Below, piece after piece: positions 6,541 to 13,809 of a DNA stretch of 32,000 nucleotides (the stretch's first letter is position 1; every line of letters starts with the position of its first letter). The stretch covers positions 22,067 through 54,066 of the forward strand of contig CAVSXR010000021.1 of NCBI GenBank assembly GCA_963731885.1, read 5' to 3'. The DNA comes from an uncultured Acidimicrobiaceae bacterium. Its GTDB lineage: Bacteria > Actinomycetota > Acidimicrobiia > Acidimicrobiales > Salinilacustritrichaceae. The notes below the pieces were generated by a model. The model had not been told where the DNA came from. It saw nothing but the letters and a program-made list of their open reading frames with translations, and did no database searches. The position numbers and the translations under genes are program-made.

Positions 6541-8639
6541 CGCCGGTCCACGGTGAGGTCGAGGAAGTGCGTGGCACAAGAGATACAGGGGTCGTGGTTG
6601 CGGATGATCGACTCGGCACCGTGGGCGAGGTCGTGGTCGTCGAGATCGAGGTGGTCGGCGACGAATCGGGTGAGGTCGTCCTCGATGGCGGCCTGGTTCT
6701 GGGACGTCGGTGGAACGATCCGGGCATCGAGGATCGTCCCGTCGGCGTCGAGTTCGTAGCGGTGCCACAACGTGCCGCGGGGCGCTTCCGTCCACCCGCA
6801 TCCGACCCCAGCGACCGGCTCGACCGGCACCGCGGGCGCGTCGGGCTCCTCGTAGCGCGCGATGACGGCGAGCGCCTCCTCACACGCGTGCAGTACCTCG
6901 ACCGCACGGACGACGATGCTGCGGTACGGGTTGCGGTTCGAGTCGTCGAGGCCGACACGGACGGCGGCGGACCGGGCTCCTCGGGACAGCTCGCCGGCAT
7001 TGAGCGCGAATCGGGCCAGCGGACCGGTCAGGTGATGGCCGCGTCCGCGCAGGCCGCCGCGGAGCGCCGTCGAACGTTCGACGTGGTCCTCGACGAGTAC
7101 GTCGGCGAAGTCGGACTCGTCGAGGTCGAGGCCGCCCGACGTGACCAGTCGGCCACGGGTGATGGCGTACGCACCGGGATGTCGGAGGGCGGCCAGTTCC
7201 CAGTCGCCATCGAGGTCGGGGAAGTCGAACCCGGCCACCCAGTCGACGACGGCCTCGGCCCGATCGCGTGCGGCTTCGAGCTCGGGTACGAAAGCTCCCA
7301 ACTCACGAGCCTTCGGGGCGCGATGGAACCCGCCGACGCGGATGTTGACGGGATGGATGGCTCGCCCGCCGACGAGCTCGACGAGCGCATTGCCGGTCTT
7401 CTTCAGCGCGAGGCCCCGTTCGACCGCAGGTCGGTGATGCTCGGCCATGGCGATGGCGCTCTCGTAGCCAAGGAAGTCGGGGGCGTGGAGGAGGTGCACG
7501 TGCAGCGAGTGGCTCTCGATCCACTCACCGAAGTACAGCAGCCTGCGCAGATCGGCCAGCGGGCCGTCGACGGTGACACCACACGCAGCCTCGATCGCCG
7601 CACACGCGCTCATCTGGTACGCCACCGGACAGATGCCGCAGATCCGGGCGGTGATGTCGGGCGGTTCGACGTAGGACCGGCCGCGGAGGAAGGCCTCGAA
7701 GAAACGGGGCGGCTCGTAGATGCGGAGTTGGACGTCGTGCAGTTCGCCGTCGCGGATGTCGACGTGCAGCGCCCCCTCCCCCTCGACGCGGGCCAAGGCG
7801 CCGACCGCGAGGGTGCGCGATCCCGTGGCCTTGTGGGTCATCGCCGGCGCTCCCTCGCGTCGTCGAGCCGGTGCGCTCTCCTCGGCGAAGGCGGGTGCGG
7901 CGGCGTTGAAGGTCCGCAGGAGACGCACGATACCGGCGTCGTCCGCTCCGAGCCGGCCGAGTTCGACGGTGAGAGAAGCCGGGTTGGGGTCCTCGGCGGG
8001 CCCGAAACACCCGTAGCACCCACGGTTGTAGCTCGGGCACAGGGCGCCGCAGCCGGCGTGGGTGGCCGGCCCGAGACAGGGCGTGCCGTGAGCGACCATG
8101 ACACACACGTTGCCGGCGAGCTTGCAGTCGACGCAGACGGAGTGGGCCGGCACCTCGGGCCGTCGGCGGGCCAGGAACGCGCTGATCACCTCGACGAGTT
8201 GGCCCTTGTCGATGGGACAGCCGCGGAGCTCGAAATCGACGGGCACGTGGGCGGCGATCGCCGTGGAATCGGCGAGGGTCGAGATGTACTCCGGGTGGGC
8301 GTAGACGATGCTGAGGTACTCGTCGATGTCGGCGGCGTTGCGGAGGGCCTGGATGCCCCCGGCCGTGGCGCACGCGCCGATGGTCACCAGCGACCGGGAC
8401 GATGCCCGGACGCGCTGGATGCGCTCGGCATCCTCGGGTGTCGTGATCGACCCCTCGACCAGCGACAGGTCGTAGGGCCCGTCGAGGCTCGCACTCGTGG
8501 CCTCGAGGAAGTACGCGACCTCGACCTGGCCGGCGATGGCGAGCAGATCGTCCTCGCAGTCGAGCAACGTGAGCTGGCAGCCGTCGCACGACGCGAACTT
8601 CCACACCGCGAGCCGGGGCGGGCGACGGTCGGTCACCAC
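6537..8639 (-). CDS. [NiFe]-hydrogenase small (delta, FrhG/HydD-like) and large (alpha) subunits encoded as one continuous 700-codon frame
   Basis: The small-subunit part has [25 protein letters not shown] and [11 protein letters not shown]...[27 protein letters not shown]. The large-subunit part starts at MTHKATG (ATG 7841) and has [17 protein letters not shown] (L1) and DPCISCATH (L2). The ORF track shows no stop between the two parts. The start is GTG 8639/8636, overlapping the gamma stop (GTGA). Confidence 0.8.
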   Translation of the reverse strand: MVTDRRPPRLAVWKFASCDGCQLTLLDCEDDLLAIAGQVEVAYFLEATSASLDGPYDLSLVEGSITTPEDAERIQRVRASSRSLVTIGACATAGGIQALRNAADIDEYLSIVYAHPEYISTLADSTAIAAHVPVDFELRGCPIDKGQLVEVISAFLARRRPEVPAHSVCVDCKLAGNVCVMVAHGTPCLGPATHAGCGALCPSYNRGCYGCFGPAEDPNPASLTVELGRLGADDAGIVRLLRTFNAAAPAFAEESAPARRREGAPAMTHKATGSRTLAVGALARVEGEGALHVDIRDGELHDVQLRIYEPPRFFEAFLRGRSYVEPPDITARICGICPVAYQMSACAAIEAACGVTVDGPLADLRRLLYFGEWIESHSLHVHLLHAPDFLGYESAIAMAEHHRPAVERGLALKKTGNALVELVGGRAIHPVNIRVGGFHRAPKARELGAFVPELEAARDRAEAVVDWVAGFDFPDLDGDWELAALRHPGAYAITRGRLVTSGGLDLDESDFADVLVEDHVERSTALRGGLRGRGHHLTGPLARFALNAGELSRGARSAAVRVGLDDSNRNPYRSIVVRAVEVLHACEEALAVIARYEEPDAPAVPVEPVAGVGCGWTEAPRGTLWHRYELDADGTILDARIVPPTSQNQAAIEDDLTRFVADHLDLDDHDLAHGAESIIRNHDPCISCATHFLDLTVDRR

Positions 8640-9475
8640 CGGCGCACCTCCAACAGCGGCTCGGCGACCGGCCAGGGGAGCACCGGTCCATCGGTGCACA
8701 CGAACATCGGTCCGAGCTGGCAGCGCCCGCAGTGGCCGATGGCGCAGTGCATGTTGCGCTCGAGCGACACCGTCACGTGTTGAGGCGCAACGCCTCGGTC
8801 GATCAGGGCCCGGGCGACGACGCGCATCATCACCTCGGGCCCGCACAACAGCGCCCTCGTGCTGGCGGGATCGTCGACCAGGCGAACCGTCGGCGCGGTG
8901 ACCGTACCGACCTCGCCACGCCAGTCGTGGCTCGGCGCGTCCACGGTGACGGCGACGGTGGCACCGGCGTCGGTCCAGTCGTCGATCTCGTCGCGGTACA
9001 GCAGGCCGTCGGGCCGGCGGGCGCCGATGACGACCGACAATCGTCGGGCCGTTCGTGCGGGTGCCAAGGCCCGACGGACGACGGGGCGGAGGGGTGCGAG
9101 CCCGATACCTCCGGCGACCACCAGGAGATCCTCGGGCTCCTCGATCGGCCAGCCCGTGCCGAACGGCCCTCGGACGCCGACCTGATCACCGACATCGAGA
9201 CGGCAGAGCTCTCGCGTGACGGCACCGACACCGCTGATCGTGTGTCGCAGGACGCCGTCGTCGGACGGGCAGCCGCTGACCGAGATCGGCGCCTCGCCGA
9301 CCCCGAAGGCGTACAGCATCGTGAACTGGCCGGGTTCGATCGAGGCCACCGCGCCGACGGGCTCGACGTCGATCGTGACGACATCGTCGGTCTCCCGCTC
9401 GACGCGCACGACGCGATGGCTCACCGGCGCCATCGGGTGCGTCGCGGGCGGGCTCGCCACGTCGGGTTCAGCCAC
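8633..9475 (-). CDS. Hydrogenase gamma subunit (HydG/AsrB/PyrK-like FAD/NAD(P)-binding oxidoreductase with C-terminal 2Fe-2S)
   Basis: [34 protein letters not shown] (FAD beta-barrel), [16 protein letters not shown] (NAD(P) Rossmann), LLCGPEVMM, and [12 protein letters not shown]...C (2Fe-2S). The start is GTG 9475 (8-nt overlap with the upstream stop) or ATG 9433. Confidence 0.8.
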   Translation of the reverse strand: MAEPDVASPPATHPMAPVSHRVVRVERETDDVVTIDVEPVGAVASIEPGQFTMLYAFGVGEAPISVSGCPSDDGVLRHTISGVGAVTRELCRLDVGDQVGVRGPFGTGWPIEEPEDLLVVAGGIGLAPLRPVVRRALAPARTARRLSVVIGARRPDGLLYRDEIDDWTDAGATVAVTVDAPSHDWRGEVGTVTAPTVRLVDDPASTRALLCGPEVMMRVVARALIDRGVAPQHVTVSLERNMHCAIGHCGRCQLGPMFVCTDGPVLPWPVAEPLLEVRRW

Positions 9476-9929
9476 GGCCGTAGAGGTCGAGCAGTCGGAG
9501 GTGGGTGGCGTCGATCTCGGCGACCAGTACCGACGCCACGCGCTGCATGATCCGGTAGCCGAACGCCGGATCGGCGTCGGCCTTGTCACGAAAGCAGCCG
9601 GTCTCGATGGTCAGCAACCGGGAGCGCCCGACCGCACGCACGTCGCTGGTCCAGCGGTACGGCGGGAAGATCCACGCCCAGCCGACCGCGCCGCCGGGAC
9701 CGACGGTGTCGACGACCAGCGACTGGCCGGCCGAGTGCAGTTCGATGGCGAGCAGGCCGTGGCGGACCAGGAAGAACCGGTCGGCGGCGTCGCCTTCGCG
9801 GGCCAGCACCTCGCCCGGCCGCACGACCTGGTTGTGGCCGCATCCGGACATGAGGTCGAGATCCGTGGCGTCGAGCGTGGAGAACACGTCGTGGGCTTCC
9901 AGCAGCTCGCGGATCGGCTTGAGTCGCAT
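9468..9929 (-). CDS. Stand-alone cyclic-nucleotide-binding (CAP/Crp effector-type) domain protein, 153 aa
   Basis: LLEAHDVFSTLDATDLDLMSGCGHNQVVRPGEVLAREGDAADRFFLVRHGLLAIEL....VVDTVGPGGAVGWAWI is the cNMP-binding beta-barrel pattern. There is no HTH or other output domain. ATG 9929 overlaps the beta-subunit stop (ATGA). Confidence 0.75.
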   Translation of the reverse strand: MRLKPIRELLEAHDVFSTLDATDLDLMSGCGHNQVVRPGEVLAREGDAADRFFLVRHGLLAIELHSAGQSLVVDTVGPGGAVGWAWIFPPYRWTSDVRAVGRSRLLTIETGCFRDKADADPAFGYRIMQRVASVLVAEIDATHLRLLDLYGRG

Positions 9930-11074
9930 CAGGTCGGCTCCGTCCCGGCGATGGCGCGTACCTCGGCGGTGAGGTCGATGCGGGCCGGGCACCAGGTCAC
10001 GCAGCGCCCGCAGCCCACACAGCCCGACATGTCGAACTGATCCCACCACGTCGAGAGCTTGTGGGTGAGCCACTGGCGGTAGCGGGACCTCGTATCGGCC
10101 CGAACCGGGCCGACCCCGTGCAGCCACGAGTGGTCCTGAGAGAAGCACGAATCCCATCGTCGGGCCCGCTCGGCCTGTGTACCGTCGAGCGACGTGTGGT
10201 CCTCGACGGCCGAGCAGAAGCACGTCGGGCACACCAAGGTGCAGTTCGAACACGACAGGCACCGGGTGGCCACGTCGTCCCACTGGGGGTGGTCGAGGTT
10301 GGCGGCGAGAACGTGGCGCGCCGCCACGGGATCGAGCATGCGGGTCATGCGGCCCCGAGCTCGTTCGGTCACCGCGCGGGCTGCGGCGATGTCGCCATCC
10401 CGGGCCGGTTCGATGGGGAGCTCGGCGAGCACCTCGGCACCGAGCGGCGTGCCCACCTCGAGGAGGAGCCGATGGCGTTCCTCGTCGAGCAGTTCCGTGA
10501 TCGCGAGGTCGAACCCGGCCCCGGCATGGGCGCCGACATCGGGGCCGGTGCCCATCGAGGAGCAGAAGCAGGTCGCCGCAGGATCGGAGCAGTTGACGGC
10601 GACGACGAAGTTGTCCTGGCGTCGTGCCTTGTAGCCGGGGTCGGGCACCGTGCCGTCGCGTAGCACGCGGTCCTGAACGGCGATGGCGGCCAGGTCGCAT
10701 CCCCGGAGACCGATGAAGGCGCGGCGGAGGCCCTCGGGTTCGCTGGGCGTGACCGTCATCGCGGTGTCGTCGCGTGTCGCTCGAGTGATCGTGACCAGCG
10801 TCTCGCGGCGGGGCGTGAGGAAGCCACGGGCCGAGTCAGGCCCGACGGCGTAGCCGAACAGCGCATCGTCATCGCGTCGTTCGAGCCGGTACTCGCCCGC
10901 CTCCTGGATGTCGGTCCAGCCGATGGGCAGGTCGCGGCGGCCGGCGATCTCGTCGAGAACGATCGCACCGTCACGGATGGTGGGGCCCACGACGACATAG
11001 CCGCGCGACGTCAGTGACGCGATCAGCGCGTCGATCGAGACGGGGTCGATGAGGGCCCGATCGACGGTGGTCAC
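9929..11074 (-). CDS. Hydrogenase beta subunit (HydB/AsrA-like 4Fe-4S protein)
   Basis: CLSCSNCTLVCPTCFC and CVGCGRCVTWCP ferredoxin-type motifs, plus NCSDPAATCFCSSMG. The start is GTG 11074, preceded by GGAGG at 6 nt and overlapping the upstream stop (GTGA). The Arg-rich 278-aa N-terminal extension of the track ORF is rejected. Confidence 0.8.
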   Translation of the reverse strand: MTTVDRALIDPVSIDALIASLTSRGYVVVGPTIRDGAIVLDEIAGRRDLPIGWTDIQEAGEYRLERRDDDALFGYAVGPDSARGFLTPRRETLVTITRATRDDTAMTVTPSEPEGLRRAFIGLRGCDLAAIAVQDRVLRDGTVPDPGYKARRQDNFVVAVNCSDPAATCFCSSMGTGPDVGAHAGAGFDLAITELLDEERHRLLLEVGTPLGAEVLAELPIEPARDGDIAAARAVTERARGRMTRMLDPVAARHVLAANLDHPQWDDVATRCLSCSNCTLVCPTCFCSAVEDHTSLDGTQAERARRWDSCFSQDHSWLHGVGPVRADTRSRYRQWLTHKLSTWWDQFDMSGCVGCGRCVTWCPARIDLTAEVRAIAGTEPT

Positions 11075-11901
11075 GATGCGCCTCCCTGCGCGACCCCGGG
11101 TTCGAGCTGGTCGGCGAGCGGTGTGCGTCGCTCGGCCGGTCGGCCGTCGGCGGCCAGGCTCCGGTTGGCGAGGGCGAGCTGGGCGTCGGTCTCGCTCCGG
11201 AGCCGACGGGCCTGCGTCAGGGACAGGCGTTGACACGCCCAGCCCCAGTGGCAGGCCACCAGGTCGCCGGGCTCGAGCCCAGCGACCAGGGAGTAGCCGT
11301 CGGTCGCCGTCGTCACGGTCTCCGACAGCGGCGGTCCGAGACCGAGTCGCCGCCCGTCCCAGGTCAGGCGGCGGCTCTCGACGACGGCGCCGGTCACGGC
11401 CACGTCGACGACGCGTCCCCAGCGGACGCGACACCGGTCGAGGACGTCGAGGGCGACCGCGGTCGACCGGCTCCGCAGGAGGCCGACCCATGGGTAGACG
11501 CTGAACACGTGGAAGTTGTGGTGGGGACGCGGCGCGGCCTCGACGACACCGGCCAGGCCCGACCACCGCGTGCCGGTGCGGGGCCGGAAGCGCTCGTCGA
11601 GCGAGTCGCCGAGTTGGCGCGGACCGACGCTGGCGAGCAGCGGGCTCCCGATCCAGTAGGCCTCGACCACCCGGGCGTCGAGCGGGTCGGCGATCCCGTT
11701 TGCGCCGGCGATCACCTCCAGGTACGGCCACGCCCCCTCGAATCCTCGGGCCAGGGCGCGCAGGCCGCCGTCGTCGGGGCCGCCGGCGACGGCGCGCTCG
11801 AGCAGTTCCCGGTGCGCGCCCGGCCCGCAGTACCCGAGCTCGTTGGGCGGGTACGCGAATCGAGCGAACGCCACGCCCCCGGCGCCGGTGAGGTCGGTCA
11901 T
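11071..11901 (-). CDS. Conserved-looking protein of unknown function, translationally coupled within the hydrogenase operon
   Basis: 276 aa starting MTDLTGAGGVAFARFAYPPNELGYCGP, with ...HHNFHVFSVYPW... and a C-terminus of ..LEPGDLVACHWGWACQRL. Both the start and the stop overlap neighbouring genes (ATGA / GTGA). I recognise no confident family. Confidence 0.6.
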   Translation of the reverse strand: MTDLTGAGGVAFARFAYPPNELGYCGPGAHRELLERAVAGGPDDGGLRALARGFEGAWPYLEVIAGANGIADPLDARVVEAYWIGSPLLASVGPRQLGDSLDERFRPRTGTRWSGLAGVVEAAPRPHHNFHVFSVYPWVGLLRSRSTAVALDVLDRCRVRWGRVVDVAVTGAVVESRRLTWDGRRLGLGPPLSETVTTATDGYSLVAGLEPGDLVACHWGWACQRLSLTQARRLRSETDAQLALANRSLAADGRPAERRTPLADQLEPGVAQGGAS

Positions 11902-12863
11902 GCCCCAACCGCGACGCGCCGCGGCGGCCGGCCGACGACCACGAGGGTGCCGACGCCGGTCAGGACCAGGACCACACCGGCGGGATCGGGCATCGAGGCA
12001 CCGGCGAACGACCGGTTCAGCACGGCGGTGACGATCGCTCCGAGCACGAGCATCGCAGTCACGTCGACCGCCGGTGCCCGAGCGAGTGCGGCGTACCACG
12101 TCGTCACGTACCCGAAGAGCAGCCCTCCGACGAGCGCGGCCCACGCCCACGCTCCCGCGTCGAGACGGACGAGGGTGTCGAACTCGCCGCGCACGACGGC
12201 CCAGCCGACGAGCACGGCGACGCCGCCCACCATGCGCGCCGTCCCGACAGTGATGGGGGACACGGTGGCGAGGAGGCGCTTGGCGACCGTCACCTCGACC
12301 GACCACAGCAGGGTCGCGACCAGCACCATGGCCTCGCCGACCCCGGGCGCGATCGAGCCCGCACCGCCCGCGAGGAACGCCTGGCCGCCGACGAGGAGTC
12401 CGACGGCGACGGCCTGGAGCGGGCCGATCCGCTCGCGGAGGAACACGGCCGCGAGGATCGCGACCCAGACGACGAGGGTCTTGTGCACGAACGCAGCATC
12501 GGTGGACCCCGCCCTCGCCAGGCCCTCGAAGAACAGGACGAAGGGCACGCTGCCCCCCACCACGGCGACCAAGGCGAGCGCCAACCACCGTCGAGGCGTC
12601 AGTGCCGCCGACGCCCCCGAAGAAGAAGACCGAGCGCCGGCGACAGCAGCGGTCGCGAGCAGCAGCACCGCGGCGACCAGGTTCTTCGCCGTCGTGTAGG
12701 TGGTCGCGTCCGGGAACCGGGCGACGCCGAGCCCGTTGACGTACACGGCGACGCCGGACACGCACGCGGTCACGAACGCCAGCGCGAGGCCGGACCTCCG
12801 ATCGCCCGCATCACGTTCGCCCTGCGTGCCCCCGGTCGCCATTGTCGCAATCACGTCGACCAT
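11898..12863 (-). CDS. EamA/DMT-superfamily transporter (10-TM type), first gene of the hydrogenase operon
   Basis: It has two repeated hydrophobic halves (..TTAKNLVAAVLLL.., ..HKTLVVWVAILAAVFLRERI.., ..ARMVGGVAVLVGW.., ..LVLGAIVTAVL..). The stop overlaps the next ATG (ATGA). An alternative start is ATG 12842. Confidence 0.7.
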   Translation of the reverse strand: MVDVIATMATGGTQGERDAGDRRSGLALAFVTACVSGVAVYVNGLGVARFPDATTYTTAKNLVAAVLLLATAAVAGARSSSSGASAALTPRRWLALALVAVVGGSVPFVLFFEGLARAGSTDAAFVHKTLVVWVAILAAVFLRERIGPLQAVAVGLLVGGQAFLAGGAGSIAPGVGEAMVLVATLLWSVEVTVAKRLLATVSPITVGTARMVGGVAVLVGWAVVRGEFDTLVRLDAGAWAWAALVGGLLFGYVTTWYAALARAPAVDVTAMLVLGAIVTAVLNRSFAGASMPDPAGVVLVLTGVGTLVVVGRPPRRVAVGA

Positions 12864-12989
12864 CGTCGCGCAGGCGCCCGATCACCGGGGCGCCGACCAG
12901 ACCGAATCCCGTCCAGTCCGTGACACGGCACGTCCTCTGTGATCGGCGAGGCACGTCGATGTGGCGCGCCGCTCGACCGAACACGGCCC

Positions 12990-13699
12990 GAGGGCTCGAA
13001 GCAGCGGCACCTCCAGAAGACCGAAAGCATCTCGCTCACCGAGGACGAGTTGCGCCAGCTGATGCGGACTACGGCCGGACACCGATTGTTCCCGCTGTAC
13101 TGGCCGACGGCCATGACCGGGATGCGCCCGCAACGAGGTGCTCGGGCTGAAGTGGCCCGACGTCGACTTCCGGAAGAAGCAGCTGCATCTCAACCGTGGG
13201 CTGGTCGCCGTCGGCTACGAAGTCCACGAGACACGAGGCAAGACCAAGACGGCCCGGCGCTGCATCGACCTCGACGACACCACCCTCACCGTCCTCGAAG
13301 GATGGCGGGCGCTCCAAGCCGCCGAGTTCGCCGCCGTCGGCATCGACAACGACGAGGAGTGGATGTTCACCCACGGCGACGGCAACCCCATCCACCCCCA
13401 CGCGCTGTACCAGACCTTCAAGCGGATCGTCGCCAACGCCGACGTGCCGACGCTCCGGTTCCGGGACCTGCGGCACACCCACGGGAGCCTGCTCATCAAG
13501 GACGGCGTGCCGGTCAAGGTCGTGTCAGAGCGGCTCGGCCACGCCCACATTCGCCCACACCATCCAGACCTACCAGCACCTCCTGCCCGGCATGGGAGCG
13601 GACGCCGCCTCACGCTTCGAACGCCTCACCGGGTCCGTTCCCACGGACGATTCCGACTCGGAGGAACACCGTGGGAACAACCGGAGGAACACCGCCTGA
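12990..13699 (+). pseudogene. Tyrosine integrase pseudogene (5'-truncated, two +1 frameshifts), paralogue of the integrase at 20795-21985
   Basis: Three successive frames together align to residues ~170-396 of the intact integrase: KQRHLQK..LRQL..AGHRLFPL..AMTGMR | LGLKWPDVDF..LNRGLVAVGYEVHETRGKTKTARR..HDLRHTHGSLLIKDG..ERLGHA | ..QTYQHLLPGM. Single-base insertions lie near 13125 and 13555. The N-terminal ~170 codons are absent. Confidence 0.85.
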
Positions 13700-13714
13700 C
13701 CCCGGAGGAACACC
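13659..13714 (+). repeat. Three direct copies of cggaggaacacc (candidate integrase arm-type sites)
   Basis: Exact 12-mers lie at 13659-13670, 13682-13693 and 13703-13714, with 23 and 21 nt start-to-start spacing. The third lies beyond the integrase-frame stop (13697-13699). A degenerate triplet with 23/20-nt spacing lies at the same place next to the intact integrase (about 21945-21999). Confidence 0.4.
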
Positions 13715-13725
13715 TCAGCAACGAC

Positions 13726-13754
13726 GAAGGCCCAGGTCGCTGACCTGGGCCTTC
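13726..13754. terminator. Perfect 13-bp-stem hairpin between the integrase remnant and the tRNA fragment
   Basis: gaaggcccaggtc-gct-gacctgggccttc, identical to 22011-22039. Confidence 0.5.
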
Positions 13755-13764
13755 ACTCACAAGT

Positions 13765-13809
13765 TGGTGGCGGGGGGAGGATTTGAACCTCCGACCTTCG
13801 GGTTATGAG
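13765..13809 (-). repeat. Perfect copy of the 3' 45 nt of tRNA-fMet (CCA end to anticodon loop), an internal att junction
   Basis: It is identical to 22050-22094. The identity extends to a 90-bp perfect direct repeat, 13720-13809 = 22005-22094. It diverges after ttatgag (ttcgacgg here versus cccgacga in the tRNA). Confidence 0.9.

Larger units (their letters stand above)
5603..13809. mobile_element. Degenerate tRNA-fMet-integrated genomic island carrying the [NiFe]-hydrogenase operon (outer island)
   Basis: It is bounded by direct repeats of the tRNA 3' 45 nt (5603-5647 and 13765-13809). An integrase pseudogene sits next to the right repeat in the same layout as the intact integrase/tRNA pair at 20795-22126. 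Confidence 0.6.

Noticed and set aside
6531-8783. 750-aa plus-strand ORF
   Set aside because: It is exactly antisense to the hydrogenase small/large subunit gene, which has unmistakable Fe-S and Ni-binding motifs. Its own translation is Gly/Arg/Asp/Val-rich with no domain. This is the typical long antisense ORF of high-GC DNA.
9929-9931. Apparent one-base coordinate inconsistencies when hand-indexing some sequence lines
   Set aside because: I traced these to my own transcription slips at line boundaries. The ORF-track frames are internally consistent, so all coordinates were anchored on the track.
11075-11908. 278-aa N-terminal extension of the hydrogenase beta-subunit ORF
   Set aside because: It is Arg/Pro-rich nonsense that overlaps the 11071-11901 gene in another frame. 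A GGAGG-N6-GTG start at 11074 with a GTGA overlap fits the rest of the operon.
12864-12990. CRP/cNMP-type operator (TGTGA-N6-TCACA) upstream of the hydrogenase operon, and similarity of this stretch to the island-arm repeat
   Set aside because: Only isolated TGTGA/GTGAC half-sites are present, without proper symmetry. Shared 8-10-mers with the arm repeat (acgtcctct, gtccagt) occur in a different order and may be chance.
12939-13808. 289-aa plus-strand ORF as an intact gene
   Set aside because: Only its first ~60 codons match the integrase. The rest is out-of-frame Arg/Pro-rich read-through that continues into the tRNA fragment. The locus is better explained as a frameshifted integrase pseudogene spread over three frames.
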